From positions 58,466,001 through 58,530,000 of the forward strand of contig NC_043001.1 in NCBI RefSeq assembly GCF_006345805.1: a stretch of 64,000 bases of DNA. Direction: 5' to 3'. Position numbers and translations under genes: made by a program. This document shows, piece by piece, positions 38,955 through 54,118 of this stretch (position 1 is its first letter; every line of letters starts with the position of its first letter). This stretch comes from Octopus sinensis (Eukaryota). The notes beneath the pieces were generated by a model. That model was not told the DNA's origin, searched no databases, and saw only the letters and a program-made list of their open reading frames with translations.

Positions 38955-39140
38955 ACCAAGAAGAAGAAGTAAAAAAGAAGAAAAGGAAAACAAGAAAAGA
39001 AGAAGAAGAAGAAAACAATAAAAAGAAGAAGATGAAGAAGAAGAAGGATAAAAGAAGAAGAAGAAGAAGAAGAAGAAGAAGAAGAAGAAGAAGAAGAAGA
39101 AGAAGAAGAAGAAGAAGAAGAGAAGAAGAAGAAGAAGAAT
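38955..39140 (+). repeat. (GAA)n purine tract
   Basis: Directly visible; lies at the 3-prime side of the adjacent minus-strand LINE fragment. Confidence 0.9.
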
Positions 39141-39600
39141 TTCTGTTCATTTAATTTGGAATCGATGAAGGAGAGAATGTATCTCACATCGGAGAAGTCT
39201 GTTCCATCGTAAGAAAGCCATGCAACAGCCATGCCATATATCAGGATTCAAATTCATTCCTAAAGAAAGCACCCACCTAATTTTCGTATGTCCAGATTTC
39301 ATCCTCATAATTTCATCGTACTTTTCCACTATTAGTCTTCTGTCGAATACTGAAGTGAAGTGACCTGACGTGTGCCGCAGAAACAGCACTGTAAGTACCT
39401 GAGTGTCTTGAAGTTACTACATACGCAGCTTTCATTTTCGTTTAACACAGGACTACTAATACGCCAAAGGAACTCTTGTAAGATTCCTTCAGCGGTAAAG
39501 AAAGTGTTGTGAGAATCTTTCACATCTGTTCCACGTCCATGTGTCTTAGTGGATACTCCAGACTGTATACAAGTTTGGACATGCCAATCACGAAATACTG
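39140..39600 (-). mobile_element. Decayed CR1-like LINE 3-prime fragment
   Basis: ISSPVLNENESCVCSNFKTLRYLQ..CGTRQVTSLQYSTE resembles the CR1 RPxLEYxSxVWSP...RATR..L..Y.ERL block; weak. Confidence 0.4.
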
Positions 39601-42600
39601 AACGTAACGATCTGAAGCTCTTTTCGTTAAATTAACGGGTTAACCAAAGAAACACATTCTATCTTCTAAAGTAGAATTCTAGTAACTACTGATGATTTGT
39701 GTCGGTAAATAGGAAATGAGAAAATTGAACAAGGAAAGATTAAATTAGTTTACCTTCATTAAAATGAGATGTTAGCTGTTCCAAATTATGATGCAAATCA
39801 CTTAATGTTAAACGATATCAAATGCTGCTGTTTGAAGAGAAGTTGGGAACGGTGATACTTCTCAGTATTGAAATATATTTTAAGAAGTATCTTCACGTTC
39901 AAATTCGATTTTTCGGCAATATGTTTCTGAAATTTATTGCCATTTTTTCTTTTACATTTCCAAAAGTTATAATTTCTCTTCTAAACTTTTTCTCCTATTG
40001 TGTTACAATTTTTTTTTTTTGTTACACTAACAAAATCTGTTAAAAGCATCATATCTTAAAACTCTTCTTGCTTACTCCAGCAACATGTAGTAGGCAAAAT
40101 ATTGATCATATGCCATATATCCTAAAATCCATTTTCGAAAAATATACAAAGAACATTGAACATGTACTTATATAGAATTAATTAGAGCCTGTAACATGTA
40201 CTTCTATCGTATTAATAATTTTCTAGCTAGTGACAAACTGAGGTTTTGTGGGAGAAAGTTATTTTCGACTGAGTTGCATATATTATGTTAGTCATGTATT
40301 TCATTTGATCAAGTCAGTATGCCGATATCGTAGGAATTCAGAGAGATATGACGGCTTAAGTCGTCTATATTGAGGTATATAGGGAAGGAGAAGGAATGAT
40401 AGAGAGAAAGAGGGAGGGAGAGAGAGAGAGAGGGGGATAGAGAGACAAACAGACAGGCAGACAGAGATGGAGGAAGAACTGAAGCAAAATGAAATGAAGA
40501 GATAACGAAATCCACAAATAAAGAGAGACTGAGGGAAAATAAATTGAAAATGACAGAAAAAGAAACGATATTAAAGTTTCTCTAAATTCATCATCATTCG
40601 TCATTTATCGCATGTCAAGGACAAAATCATATAATTTATGAAAATCTTTAATAGCAGTAACTAAATTTAAAGGGAGCCAAAATGATATGCTATATTTACC
40701 CAAATCTGAACTCTTCGTTCAACAATGGCATTCTAAATTATATTAACTGAAACCAATTAGTAAAATTGCACAGAAAAGAGTGAAGCAATATTGGTTTATA
40801 GAAATGGATAAAGTGCCTTGCATACAATTGTATGGACATATTTAAGTGCAGAAGTATCATTACTTTACTGAGACGATAATAATTTATGGGAAGTTGCGAT
40901 AAATAGAATTGCCTTATGTAGAGTAATTGCAATGATATCAACTGTAGTCTTGTTACATTGAACTCGTCATTTAATAGATTTTTGTTTATTTTATTTATTT
41001 TTAATCATTCATGTATTTATTGTTGTTATGGTTTTTCAACTTAAAGAACTGATTAACTCATTAAGCTTATCCAGCCATTGTATAGAAATATCTGCTGGCG
41101 TGCACTACTTGAACAACGCCATCTATTTTACAGTGGGATGAACAGAATAGAATAAATTTCTGAATATAAGATGATTAATGCATAGATATCTTTGTTTCAC
41201 GATTATCATACTCATCACTATTATCTCTGTTAACGTATTTAACGCAGCTGCTGTCATCATCATCAGCATTTGCATTACAAATTTCATCAGACTCCTCAAT
41301 TATTATCCCCAACAAAATCTTCATCATCATTACATTCTCAACAGTTGTTTCCCTACTATTAAAATTACCTTTACAGCCATTATTACTACCACTATCATCG
41401 TATTAATCAGCATCACATCCATCAAATATAGTAACATTCACATTTTTAACTCTCGTTGACATTTCCCTGTTAAAATCTTGGAAATGTGCCACACACAATG
41501 TGGAGGGTTAAGTAGGAATTTGTTTAGGAGAATTAGTGTAGATAACTAGAAGATATATTAGTAATTGGCGAATGGTTGTAACGATTCGGTGAGAGCAAAT
41601 TTATGTGCCATGTACGATATTACTATTTTATGACCATCAGAGTATAACTGCCTTTGTGTATCATTCCATACTGGGCATAAAGGTGAGAATCTGCTGTATG
41701 ATGAGAGTGGAACATCTGAAATCGGTAAACTCAGAATGATTTTTTTTAGAATATATAAGTAGAATATAAGTGACATTGAAAGGTCACATTGTTGGCTATG
41801 AACACGCGACTTTAGTTACAGTTTGGCTTCGGATGAGTACTTAATGAGTAGAACTATGAAAAATGCGCTTCATTCGCGACGCCCAAATCTTCATTCGTTT
41901 CAGGTATAAAACAAATCCTTCATGCAGGAGATATCCTTTGGAAATTTTTTTAGTCTTTCTGAGGTTATGTTGGTTGCTTTGTCAAACACATTTAGACAAT
42001 ATAGTAAAACTATAAAAACACTCGTATTCACTGCTATATGATATTTATTGTCTCTGACTTTTGAGAAGCAAATTTCTGCTGTGAATACAAATTTTTTCAT
42101 GACAATCTTTATGATAACTCTAGTTCAGGAAGGGTTAATTTAGAAGACATCCTGCATAACATAGTAGTCTAAAGAAAATAACAACCACCAAAATCAAGTA
42201 ATATTTTATTTTCAATTTCACTTTCTTTTTATGTTTTATCTTATCTTCAGAAGTCTTTCGAAACTATGTTTGGTGTCTATTATTTGCATTTATGAGCGTC
42301 ATATGAACAATATACGTTTCCATGAATACAGACACACACACATACAAACATACGCACGCACGCACACACACACACACACACACGCACACACACACACATA
42401 TATATATATATCTTGAAATTGGATGAATGAATTTCTCTTTGCTCACCTATGTTTTCTATGCAAGAAATCCCTGCGCAATGACTATAATACAGAAATGTGA
42501 GGATATAATTTTCATGTAATAATAAACTGTAAGTTTAGAGAAGTGAGTCAAATGAAACTAACGGTACGATTTACGTATTACTTTTGTTGTTTCAAACATG

Positions 42601-44899
42601 TTTACGATCAAATGAGAATACTGTTTCCTGTATGTGAGGGAAAGCAGGAAACAAAATGTCCGCTTTTAAAGGAGCAGGTGTATAATATGTCGGTCAGTTG
42701 TGATTTGGGGAACATTTGGGAGCAGCTGGACAACGTACATCTATCACTAACAATCATTATTTTAAGTACTTCAGATACGTGTTGATGTGTGGAATGAAAG
42801 ACGCATGAAATTTCTGGATTAACTGACGTTTATCTTTAGGTAGAAAAAGGAAACAAAACTTAGCTCTAACAGTGTGCGGCTCGCAAAGAAATTGTGGGGT
42901 AATATCAAGGTGTTTAGAAACAATTTCACAGTGAAATGAATTTTCATACTCAGTGTAAAATCCGTTTTAGCTAGCAAGCTAAGACGATACATTAAGGTAT
43001 TTTTAGCACAGTACCAAATCATCTACTTGAATATGTTGTGATCCTTTGGTAGGTTTAATTAAAGTAAAAATATATTTATGAAAAATTCTATCAAGTATAA
43101 TTAGAATATTTACAAAAGGTGAGCTAAAGAAAGTAGCAAAAAAGGGACAAACTGCAAGAATTTCTATTCCCCATTGATATGGGGAATATATGGAATGCTT
43201 TATGTTAGTCTCAAATGCAGTGAAATTCGCTTGAAGGCCGAAGAAAGTAAAGAAAGACATAGCGTTAATTAATGGCGATTCTCAAACAAACATAAATCAA
43301 TTAATTTACAAGCAATTTCACACATAAACGAATGTCCATGACTAATGGAACAAGTTGATTTTTGAAGCATGCATATATATAAAAGTGTTAAGTATAAAAT
43401 GAAATTAAATTTGCATAAAACTGTGTGTTTGTTTCGATATCTTTCGGCTATGGTCGTATTACTTTTAACTTTAAATAGTAGATGAGAAATCTAAAGTATC
43501 TTAGTATGAAAGAACTCTCTTTTTACGACAATTTGTATCATTTTTGCCGATGCGGATCAACACTACGTACTTCTATTTTTACTGTTTCAGTTTGTTCAGT
43601 AGACAGTGTTAAAAGTTAACCTGTTTGATATTGTCTACTTTATACATAAAATGTGAAAAAGATTTAAGTAGTTTGCTGAAGTCATTTTTATTTAGACTCG
43701 AATAAACTCTGATCGAAATAAAGAAACCCAGGACCAAAATCTTCCATTGGGTTTTTCCTCTTTTGTTCAACCAGGCAGAGCGTGACTTAAAAATATCCTC
43801 TACATCAAACTAGAGAATACGTGTTAGGGCAGAGTTGAATAAAATAATTGAATTACAAGGAAATTGCTTTAGGACATCATTAGTAGAAAATCTGTGCACG
43901 CGAATCTTAAGATCGGCCATACCCAGCGTGACAGTAATTAACATATCTCGTTTCCGTTTTATAATCTAGATACATTTGCCTTTGCACAAAAATGGATTAA
44001 TTATAATGCAAGAAATGTAATAATGAAAGAATAGGCTCGCTGTTACATGTATTTCCTGGTGCGGACAGACTCTGCAGCAAGTTGGATAAGTGCCTTTTAC
44101 TTGAGCTTCGTGTTTAGTTATAATGGTAGAAACTGATGGACATTGAATGAGTGATTATGTGTATGTGATTGTGTGTATGTGTGTATGTGCGTGCGTGCGT
44201 ACATGCTTGCGTGTGTGTGAATACACTTCTTGTTATTTCCTCGCTTTAGGCAGGCTCAAGTACTTCCCAGTTGTTGATTTATTAATAACAATTCAATTAT
44301 TGTCGAACTACACTGGGGTAATCTTTTATCGAACTTACGTCTATTGAAACACTTACTTGGAACCACAAATTGATATAAAATGTACTTTCTCTTTTCTCCT
44401 GATAAAATTCTAAACAAAGTTTGAAAGAAAATGAAGGTAACCAATTCTTGCTCCACAATTTAACTTTGATTACAATTTGATCATAAGAATATAGAAGGCA
44501 CGTTCAAATTGATCCATGGTACGCAAAAAGAGGTCTTGAAGGTCGTGAGAGCGTAGATAGTTTCTATCCATGGATATTTAAATCAATTTAATGTTATTAA
44601 TAACTCTCAAGAAACGGAAAGTACTTGGACCCGCATCGAAGGAAAAATAAATGGTGTTGTGGTACAATGTTCCGTTTTATTTGATTTTTAGCTCTTGGAT
44701 GTAGTTTAAGGAATATTTGGCATCTATGTCCAGCTGGCCAAGAAACCGCGTAAAGGTTTCGTATTCGCCTTCTGTGCTATTCCAAGAAGGACAAATTGTC
44801 GTGATGGCGTATCTTGAGACTAAGGCATGTGTTGCATAATTTTACATGTTTGCATATGATTTATTATTAATTTCTCAAACAAAAATGAATGGAGGTTTC

Positions 44900-45940
44900 A
44901 TTATCAGCATGCACAGTGTAGAATATTTGAAATCAATCTGGTGAAATTTTAAAATTGTTCAGTTGGTTGAAAGAAATTGACAGTTTCCTTTATGTTGGAA
45001 GCACACTATCAAGAGATGATGGTCTTGATGCATAGGTATACTATCGAATAGAGAAGGAAGGCATTGCATTTGGAAAGCTAGAAAAGTGATTATGGTTGGA
45101 TAGAGGTATTTTCTACAAGACACAAATTAGTGTCTATGAAACGTTGACTGCACTTTTTATTCGAGTGAGATGGAGACCACTAACTGGCGTCATATGAAAA
45201 TGCTGTAGCGATTACACCAAAAGTGCCTCGGAGTCAAGTGGGAATGTTTCATAACAGATACAGAGGTTTTGAGTATGGCATGTAGTAACCTAATTGAACA
45301 ACATTAAATCTTTGCTCAAATTGGATGGGCTGGACACGTCATTAGAACGAAAGATGAACGATTGCCAAAGCGTTGTTTTTGTGTTCAATTTGGGAAGCGT
45401 CCACAACATAAGCCAAGGAAAAGAAATAAAGACTGTGAGAAAGAAAACCTGAAGAATCTAGATATGAACAAAAGTGACTGAGAAATTGATGCCTTGGATC
45501 GGAACAAGTTAGAACTAGTTGCAACGGCTGGGAGGAAAATATGATGCAGCGCACTGTGCTTAAAAGAGCCGGCTAGAAACAAGCAATTGGGACTGAAATC
45601 AGCAGAAAATATTGGATATGTATTGTGTGCTATCGCACTCTGCTATTAAGAGGAGGATACGTGAATTATATGAAGTTACATGAAAATCTAAATGTACAGG
45701 TAGGTAATAATCTTGAACGCGAATCACTTCTTACAACTTGTGCCATATGTCATAAAATTTCTAAGACAATATCTGGACTTAAAGGATATACGAAACTTCA
45801 CAAAAAACCTTTCTTCAGAATCAGACCCTGTCAATCAACAACTGTAATTATACTTCATCCGAGGACTCGTCAAGTTGAGAGATTGTGCTTTATGATTTTG
45901 TAGATGGGTCATCAATCAAGAGGAAACAATCATCATCATG
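44900..45940 (+). mobile_element. Decayed RTE LINE 3-prime end
   Basis: EIDSFLYVGSTLSRD...AFGKLEK; GWAGHVIRTKDERLPK; GKRPQHKPRKR; two CxxC...H-type remnants; ends atcatcatc. Confidence 0.75.
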
Positions 45941-45999
45941 TATATATATATATATATACACACGCATACAAATATGCATACATATACGAGTGAGTTGAC

Positions 46000-46520
46000 G
46001 AACGAAACAAGGGCTCTCTTCAACCCCCATAATGTTAAGGTGAGCTACTCCTACTTAGACAACAACGAATCTAACATCGCACGAATTAAGAAACGTAAAA
46101 ATGCACCTACTACAACCCAACTCCAAACTGCAACTGCCAAAACCCCACCATATGCCCTCTAGAATGATCTTGCTTCTCAAAGGCCGTAGTATACAAATCC
46201 ATCCTTACACCAAGCAGTGGTATTACTAGGCACTATATGGGTGTGTTACCTAATGAGTTCATGGGAAGATACTTCCAGCATATGCACACGTTCAGATCCA
46301 GGGAAAGAAAAACTCTACTTCCCTGTCTCGTTTTTCTCTGGAGACTCCGTCATAGCTGAGATGAAATACCCAGCATCAAGTTAACTATTGTCGACACAGC
46401 GCCACCATATTCACTCGGCGCCCCCAACTGCCTTCTCTTCCTCCGCGAAAAACTGCACATTCTCCGACAACCCGCAGTATCCATCAATAAACAATATCCA
46501 ACAACAAACAAATCTGCTCA
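46000..46520 (+). mobile_element. Decayed Penelope-like element, GIY-YIG endonuclease region
   Basis: LFNPHNVKVSYS; NCNCQNPTICPLE*SCFSKAVVYKS...HYMG..NEF; PYSLGAPNCLLFLREKL. Confidence 0.7.
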
Positions 46521-47226
46521 TGTACAGATGTGTGGAGTCGCATCAAAATACACAGGCACGCAAAACTATATGAGCGCATATGCACATCAACATATATAAC
46601 TATATACTTGCACGTGCCGCCTCTTCCTACTTCTTCCCAACAACCTGTCGATTTCTAAACGAAACGTGGTCTATTTCCCCTCCTCCACGTGGTAAATTTC
46701 TGTTCACCGTGACCTCCTCCACCAATCGCAGCCCACCTTACAGTAATAACAATCAATTTCATTCAAATTAATAATTGCTGACGACTAGCATCACGTTTGA
46801 AGCTAAAGAGACCCAATGAATTTGAATCAAACTGTTTTGAACCATATGTATATATATATATGTATATATATCTATATATATATATGTCTGTGTGCGTGTG
46901 TGTGTAGGGTAGAAAATATCTTATTGAGGAAACACGAGGGTGGCTATAAATAGAGACAGTGAAAAGATGAATAAAACACAGAAGATTGGTTTTACAGGAT
47001 TTAACATTATATTAAAGCCATGATAATAGAAATATACAATTTTGTACAAAATAAGGTTTCATTCTTTCAACATAAGTGAAGTAAGGACGGGTTTTGCATT
47101 GCTCGTGAAACTGTGAGTTGATAGAGATAAATTACTAGGGGGGGAAAATATTGCTATGTGAGAAAAATGTTAACTAATTTTGCATGGAAGGGAGGTAAAT
47201 CTGTAGATTTTATTATTATTATTATA

Positions 47227-47290
<64 letters not shown>

Positions 47291-47312
<22 letters not shown>

Positions 47313-48490
47313 TTGCTTTTTTGTGTTCTCTGCTTTATTCTGGCTTATATCTTCCATCAACCGTGCTTATGACAATATTGCTTTATTTCTTTCCTCTTTG
47401 TACTTCTGTCCTGATAGTTCCTATCCATATTGCATCCCTTTTTATGCACCACATTATTTCCCCATAATCTGCTTCAGAACTCCTTGGCTTCATTTGCACC
47501 AGGACCAACATTTTCACCATTGTCTCCTAACGTTCCGAAAAATTGCTTCGGGTTATACTTCTTTCTGTACACAAATCTTCTGATCTTCTAACTTTTTGCC
47601 ATGATCCTGTATTTCAACTGCTCTGTTACTGCATCAAACCCGTTCTTCCATATTTTATATTTCTTTAATTTTTCTCGGTTGGTGTTATTCCCAATTTTTC
47701 AGTTTCCTCTTAACTATTGCTCAGGTTGTCCTAGATCTTGCTTTGCTCGCATGATGTCCCTTTCAATGCGACGTTTCCACCATGGTTCTTTTGCTCCACC
47801 ATTTTTTTGTTCTCTTAAGTTGTAATTTCTCCACAACTAGTAGCGCAATAGCTCGAAGAATGTTCCTTTCTTGTGTTATTTCCTCTATCTGGATGTATAG
47901 TATGACTGTATTTATCTTTTGTGTTACTTTATTTATCATACTCCTATCTACCCTTCTCATATTCATGCAGATTTTTTTCTTCTGGAGCATTTATCAACTC
48001 GGTGAATCGTCTTTTAATTTCAAGTATAACGTTCCTGTTCCTCATGCTTAACAGTCATTTCACCATTTCTCTGTTCCGCCTTCCAACTTTTCTCCGTTTT
48101 CAACTTTTACCTATCTGTTTTCAACTCCGACCATCCTTTGTAGAACATCCGCAGGATCTCTCAAACTCTCACTAATCCGAGATATGTCTACACCAGTTAA
48201 GTAACCTTTCCTTCTAATTATTCTTTCTTGGTTCATTAGTTTATTTTGTGACATTGGATACCTGAATTTTCCATCTAAAATTTCAAGGTACGTCAGCCTA
48301 ATCTGCGCCTAAGTGTATTGTACTCCTTCGTCCACGTATGTTTGTTTTTACGCACACCATGTATGTGATCTGTTGTGACATAACGACGTCCGAGGCCAGA
48401 TCATTGCCCCTCAAGCGGACGGTTTCGGACGTGATGGGCTGGAAACCTTCACCATGATCGGCTATAGCTTAATTCCTTGTTGTGTTGCAT
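47291..48490 (-). mobile_element. R4/Dong-like 5-prime region (N-terminal ORF part only)
   Basis: RKNKHTWTKEYN; KINTVILYIQIEEITQERNILRAIALLVVEKL; RTKKWWSKR; (AAT)n at both ends; no RT. Confidence 0.7.
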
Positions 48491-48546
48491 TATTTTTATT
48501 ATTATTATTATTATTATTGTTATTATTATTATTATCATTATTATTA

Positions 48547-49119
<573 letters not shown>

Positions 49120-49589
49120 GAGTGAGCGAGCAGAGCATGCCATCAAAGTGACACTGGGGTAAAATATACGAAGCCCAGTATACCCATCATGACTACCTGT
49201 CTGATAAGGGTACACCAGGCACATGCATCACAACCATATGTGCGCGACATGGTGATCTCATATCAAGATAAACAGCACATGACCTTGCAGGTGGGGCCCA
49301 GTTAGAATTTTCTTCAGATCGAGTAACCCATCCCGCTCAAAAGGTCCCTGAATAAGGGTTGTTTAAGGATGTTGAATGAAACACCCATGTTTCCAGAGGT
49401 GAATCATTGAAACCCCAAAGAATCCCTCTCAACACATGGCTATGATGCTCCCCCACTACTTCTGTTCGTGATCAGAGATGCACATATCGTCAGCCACTAA
49501 AGGACATGCTCAACTGGTTAAGGTCAAACAACTGACAAGCAAATCTGTGGTATTGAGCAGAATATTTGCTGTAGCCCATCTTTTATACC
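49120..49589 (-). mobile_element. ~550-bp AAT-associated element, 5-prime-truncated
   Basis: gagtgagcgagcagagcatgccatcaaagtgacactgggg...gcccatcttttatacc between (TTA)n tracts. Confidence 0.85.
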
Positions 49590-49654
<65 letters not shown>

Positions 49655-49655
49655 G

Positions 49656-49701
<46 letters not shown>

Positions 49702-49715
49702 CATTATTATTGTTG

Positions 49716-49756
<41 letters not shown>

Positions 49757-49769
49757 GTTATTATTATTA

Positions 49770-49806
<37 letters not shown>

Positions 49807-52800
49807 GACGTCGCATAGTATGAAATATGTGAGGTTGGCAATTGACGATATTATTTCAAACGGTTCTTTGTACTGTTTGTCAAGTCACAAGGACCTCAGA
49901 CAGACAGTATTTTACGCAAAATGCCGACTTTTGCAATACACTTTGATTGTAGTGTATTTCTAAAGATTTCAGATGCTTTTCCAGATTGGTTGGTATTGAA
50001 CCCAATGCTCCGATGACAATAGGGATAAACTTTATGTTTGACTCTCGTAGTTGTCACATGTTAGTGATCACAATTCTTAAGTCTCTTTTGATTAGTTCAT
50101 TTAGAGTCCTGTTAAAAACATTGTAGACGTAACTTACGACTGTAACGGCTAAAGTGTCGATACCTATCGCCTTGTTTTTTTTTTAGCATTGAGCTCTGAT
50201 TCCAGTATTGATATAACTCGTCTGTAGTATTCATTTTGTGTTTTGTATAGTATCCATTTCTTTAATTCTCAAGTATGTGCATGTATGGATTTGGTCTAAT
50301 TCTCATATTTCCTTCGCTTTATCTAGTTTGATGTTCCTGCTCTTACCTATTTTTTCTCTTTTGAAGTTTGACTTGGCATATTTTTGTAAGCCAAATTTCA
50401 TCTATATTTTTTAGATAAATCAATAGACTCTCTGTAGTAATTCTTGCAGCTTTTAATCATTTGCAGCGTGGAGTTTTATATCATTCATATACAAGAGATG
50501 ACTGATTGTTTTGCCGTAATAGTTGTATCCACATCCAGCTCTGTTTAGCGTATCAGATAAATGTGTCAATGCCAAGTGGAAGAGCAGTGGAGAGAGCGTG
50601 TCTCCCTGGAATTTTCCTCTTCTAATCGGGAGGGCTTTGGATTTTATGAGTCCCTCTCTTTTTCTGGAGCTGCAGCACTGTCTGCCATTTATTCGTGGAA
50701 TGCCTGATATATTTTATGATAATTGATGCTACCTTGATCATGCCTAGTGTTTCTAGGATCCATGCGTGAGGAATATCAAAAGTCTTTCGGTAATCGATCC
50801 AGGCCATACTTAGACCTTTCTTCATCCTGCAGCTCTCTTCAGTTATGGCTTTGTTGATCATTATTTGATCATTACTTAATTATGTGCCCTTTCAGCATCC
50901 CGTCTGCTCTTCTGGAAACGGGTTGTTTTCTTCCAGAAGTTTGTCCATTCTCTGCGATATAATTGCAGAAAAGGATTTGTAAATTGTAGGGAGACAAGTT
51001 ACCGGTCTATAATTTTGGGGGTTTTCCGTTTCGGTGGATTTGGGAATGTGGATAGTTTTGCCTTCCGTGAACCATTCAGGCATTGTCTCTGGATCTGCTA
51101 GTATATCATTAAATTCCTCAGCCAGTGTTTTATGTGTTCTTCTTAGATATTTTAACTAGACGTTGTGGATCTTGTCGTTTTCGGGATCATTCCAGTTGCT
51201 AAATTTAGCAGTGGCTGGGTAGCCTCTTCAGTTGTTATAGGGTTTCGGAGTTTTCTAGGTGCTGTGTTCGTTGTTTTGATAAATCTTTTCTGAGGTTGTT
51301 CCTTCGCAGAACTTATTTCTTTCCAAAATTCACCCACTTCTACTGTTGGTGCTGCATTGATCTCTGTTTTATTTTGCCAAGTTCTTCGCAGAATCTTTCG
51401 GGGTTGGAGTTGAAGTGTTTTTGTTCAAAGAATATTTGGCGTTTCTAACACCGGCGGATTCTTTGTGGTTTGGTGAGTATATCTTGCTTTAGCTATTCGT
51501 TTACCTCAAGTATACCTTGCTTTGTAATTTTGTATTTACGTAGCATTTTTTCTTCCCTTTTTGCTGCTTAGTAGTATTGATTGTCTATAGTACTTTCATT
51601 AAGGATCGATGCATCCTTTCTCATATATTTTTTCTAACTATTATTTATCCACAAGTTTTGTTTGGGCAGTGATACGCCGGTTTGAATTTTAAGGGTATTC
51701 AGCTTTTTTTGTGGTTACAGTGACTGCTGCATATATTATATCATTTAGCCTGGTTATATTGATATTTGTTTCCGTGGCTGTTAGTTCTCTGACGGTCAGG
51801 TTCAGGCTATTTATTATTGATACTGATTTGTCGTCAATTCTAATTTTTGGGAGTTACAATCGGTGCTCCATACTGAGACCTATGGCTTTCAATATCTTCC
51901 TGATACTCATCTTTAGAGTATCATTAGATTCATCTTTACTCTTTCCAGGTTGTAGATTTGTTTCGTATTCCCTCCCGATTATATTTTTGTCTGTGATGTT
52001 CTGGTTTGGTGCATTTCCAAATCGTATCTCGTATTTAGTTGTTTACTTCGTTTTTCTTCAACATGTTACATCTGTCTTCGTATGGTATTATTTGGCATTG
52101 CTGTGTGGTTACTATCTACGTTTCCTTGGTGTAGTTTTTCTTTTACATATTCTATTACTATTCCTGATATTTTTGTCTTTGTTTTCAGAATATAACCGCA
52201 TGTTAGCTGATTTATTACGGTTAATTTTTGTATCGAAATCTTTATCTAGGTTATATTTCTTCCATATTTTATATGTATACGCTGTTGTGTTTTCGTTCTG
52301 TGGTTAGGGCATTGCTGTAAAAGAGGTATGTGGAATTGAAATATATTCGTGACATATCAATTCATGCATTTTTTATTTTATTTGCTAGACATAGGGAATA
52401 ACGTCCGCCCATTATTTTGATGGTTATTATTTTCCTAGTGGTTTTGCACGTATAGATTTTCGGACCCGTTGTTTAGCAGCTTTGAAATACGTGCTTTCCG
52501 TTTGTTCTCCTTGGTTTGAATAATACGTGTATTATTTTACATAGTTTTCATTTATTTTGTGTATGTTGGTTGGAGCCTTAGATGGTCTGATGTTGATTAA
52601 ATCGTAATGTGGCGAGGGTCTTTACACACGTGTCGTGCGAGAGATAAGGTTGATGCAAAGTTAAAATACATTATTTCATTTGGAAAATAGAAATAATTTT
52701 ACTGAGTATTACTTCATCGGAGGGTTAAACGTGTCTACGAATGATGATGACGATACGCAGTGAAAACAACATAATTTCATTTGGAAAATAGATATAAATT

Positions 52801-52945
52801 TTAATAAGAATTACTTACTCGGATATAGTCTGAAACTTTGCTACTTACTTTAGGCTCCATGTTGTCTTTATTCCCGATGTTAATGGAAAGACTTCAGAAC
52901 AGTGTTTATCGCACACACAAATTAACCGTCACCGGTGTTGTGGTT
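49807..52945 (-). mobile_element. R4/Dong-like element (family C), both ends present, internally deleted and decayed
   Basis: N-terminal TYKIWKKYN..NKSANMR; MPEWFTEGKTIHIPK...PQNYRPVTCLPTIYK; AWIDYRKTFDIPHAWI; RGKFQGDTLSPLLFHLA; C-terminal FIPIVIGALGSIPTNLEKHL; (AAT)n at both ends. Confidence 0.8.
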
Positions 52946-52969
52946 GTTGTTGTTGTTGTATTTATTATA

Positions 52970-53047
<78 letters not shown>

Positions 53048-53050
<3 letters not shown>

Positions 53051-54029
53051 TAGTTTTATTTTTTATAGCGTGCTTTCACTTCACTACCGAGCGCAGCTCT
53101 GTGTGCCTTGGTATGTGCTGTGATTTGTTGTGATGCTCTGATGGTTATTGTATGGAAAGTGTTCTGCGTAGGATGTGTGCAGTGCCTAGTAGTGCAATTT
53201 TCTGTATGTTATATGTGTTTCTAAGTCCTGGTGTTTTTGTTATGTATTTGTCTGAATATTTTTTTATCATGCCTAATGCACCTACTATGATAGGAATTGT
53301 TTCTGTTTTTAGATTCCACATTCTGGTTACCTCCATTTCCATGTCTTTGTAATTTGAAAGTTTCTCCATTTCTTTTAGAGACACGTTGTCATCTGCCGGT
53401 ATTGATACATCAATTAGAAAGCATTTTTTTCTTCATGATCTCTGACAACTATATCTGGCCTGTTGGCCTTAATTTCTCTATCTGTGTGTATCGGCATATC
53501 CCAGAGTATGGTTGCTTTCTCGTTAGGTTCCCACTCTGTCATGTCTGTGAATATATTCCTTCTTAGCCAGGACTGGGCAGCTAGAGATAATATGATTTAT
53601 TGTTTCTTGTCCATCTCCACATATTCTGCAGTTACTTGTAATATTTCTTTTCATTACATGGTGGGGAGGATTTGGTCTTGTGCTGCAATTAAAAATCCCT
53701 CTGTATCTGCTTTGAGTCCTGAGCTTCTCAACCATTGCTGGGATTTTTCTTTGTCTATTTCTTTTGCATTTAGTTTAGTCCAGTATTTACCGTGAAGGGG
53801 TTTTTCTTGCCATCGTTTTATCATGGTTCTTTGCTGTTCTACTTTTAGTTTGGATTTCATTTGTTTTATAGCTTTTGTTGTTTCTTCATATTCTTCTTCT
53901 CTATATTTGTTAGGTGCTATGATTTCTTGTTTGTATTTGTCAGCTTCCTTAAATACTGAGAACAGTTTTTTGTTTTCCTCGTGTTTTGCCGCTATTTGTA
54001 TCAGTTTTCCTTCCTTCTGAAGTAGATAT
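53048..54029 (-). mobile_element. R4/Dong-like 3-prime ~1 kb (family A)
   Basis: WQEKPLHGKY; WLRSSGLKADTEGFLIAAQDQ; CCHC-type CRICGDGQETINHIISSC; RPDI; 3-prime UTR as at 28070-28166. Confidence 0.9.
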
Positions 54030-54037
54030 TTTTATTA

Positions 54038-54116
<79 letters not shown>

Positions 54117-54118
54117 TT

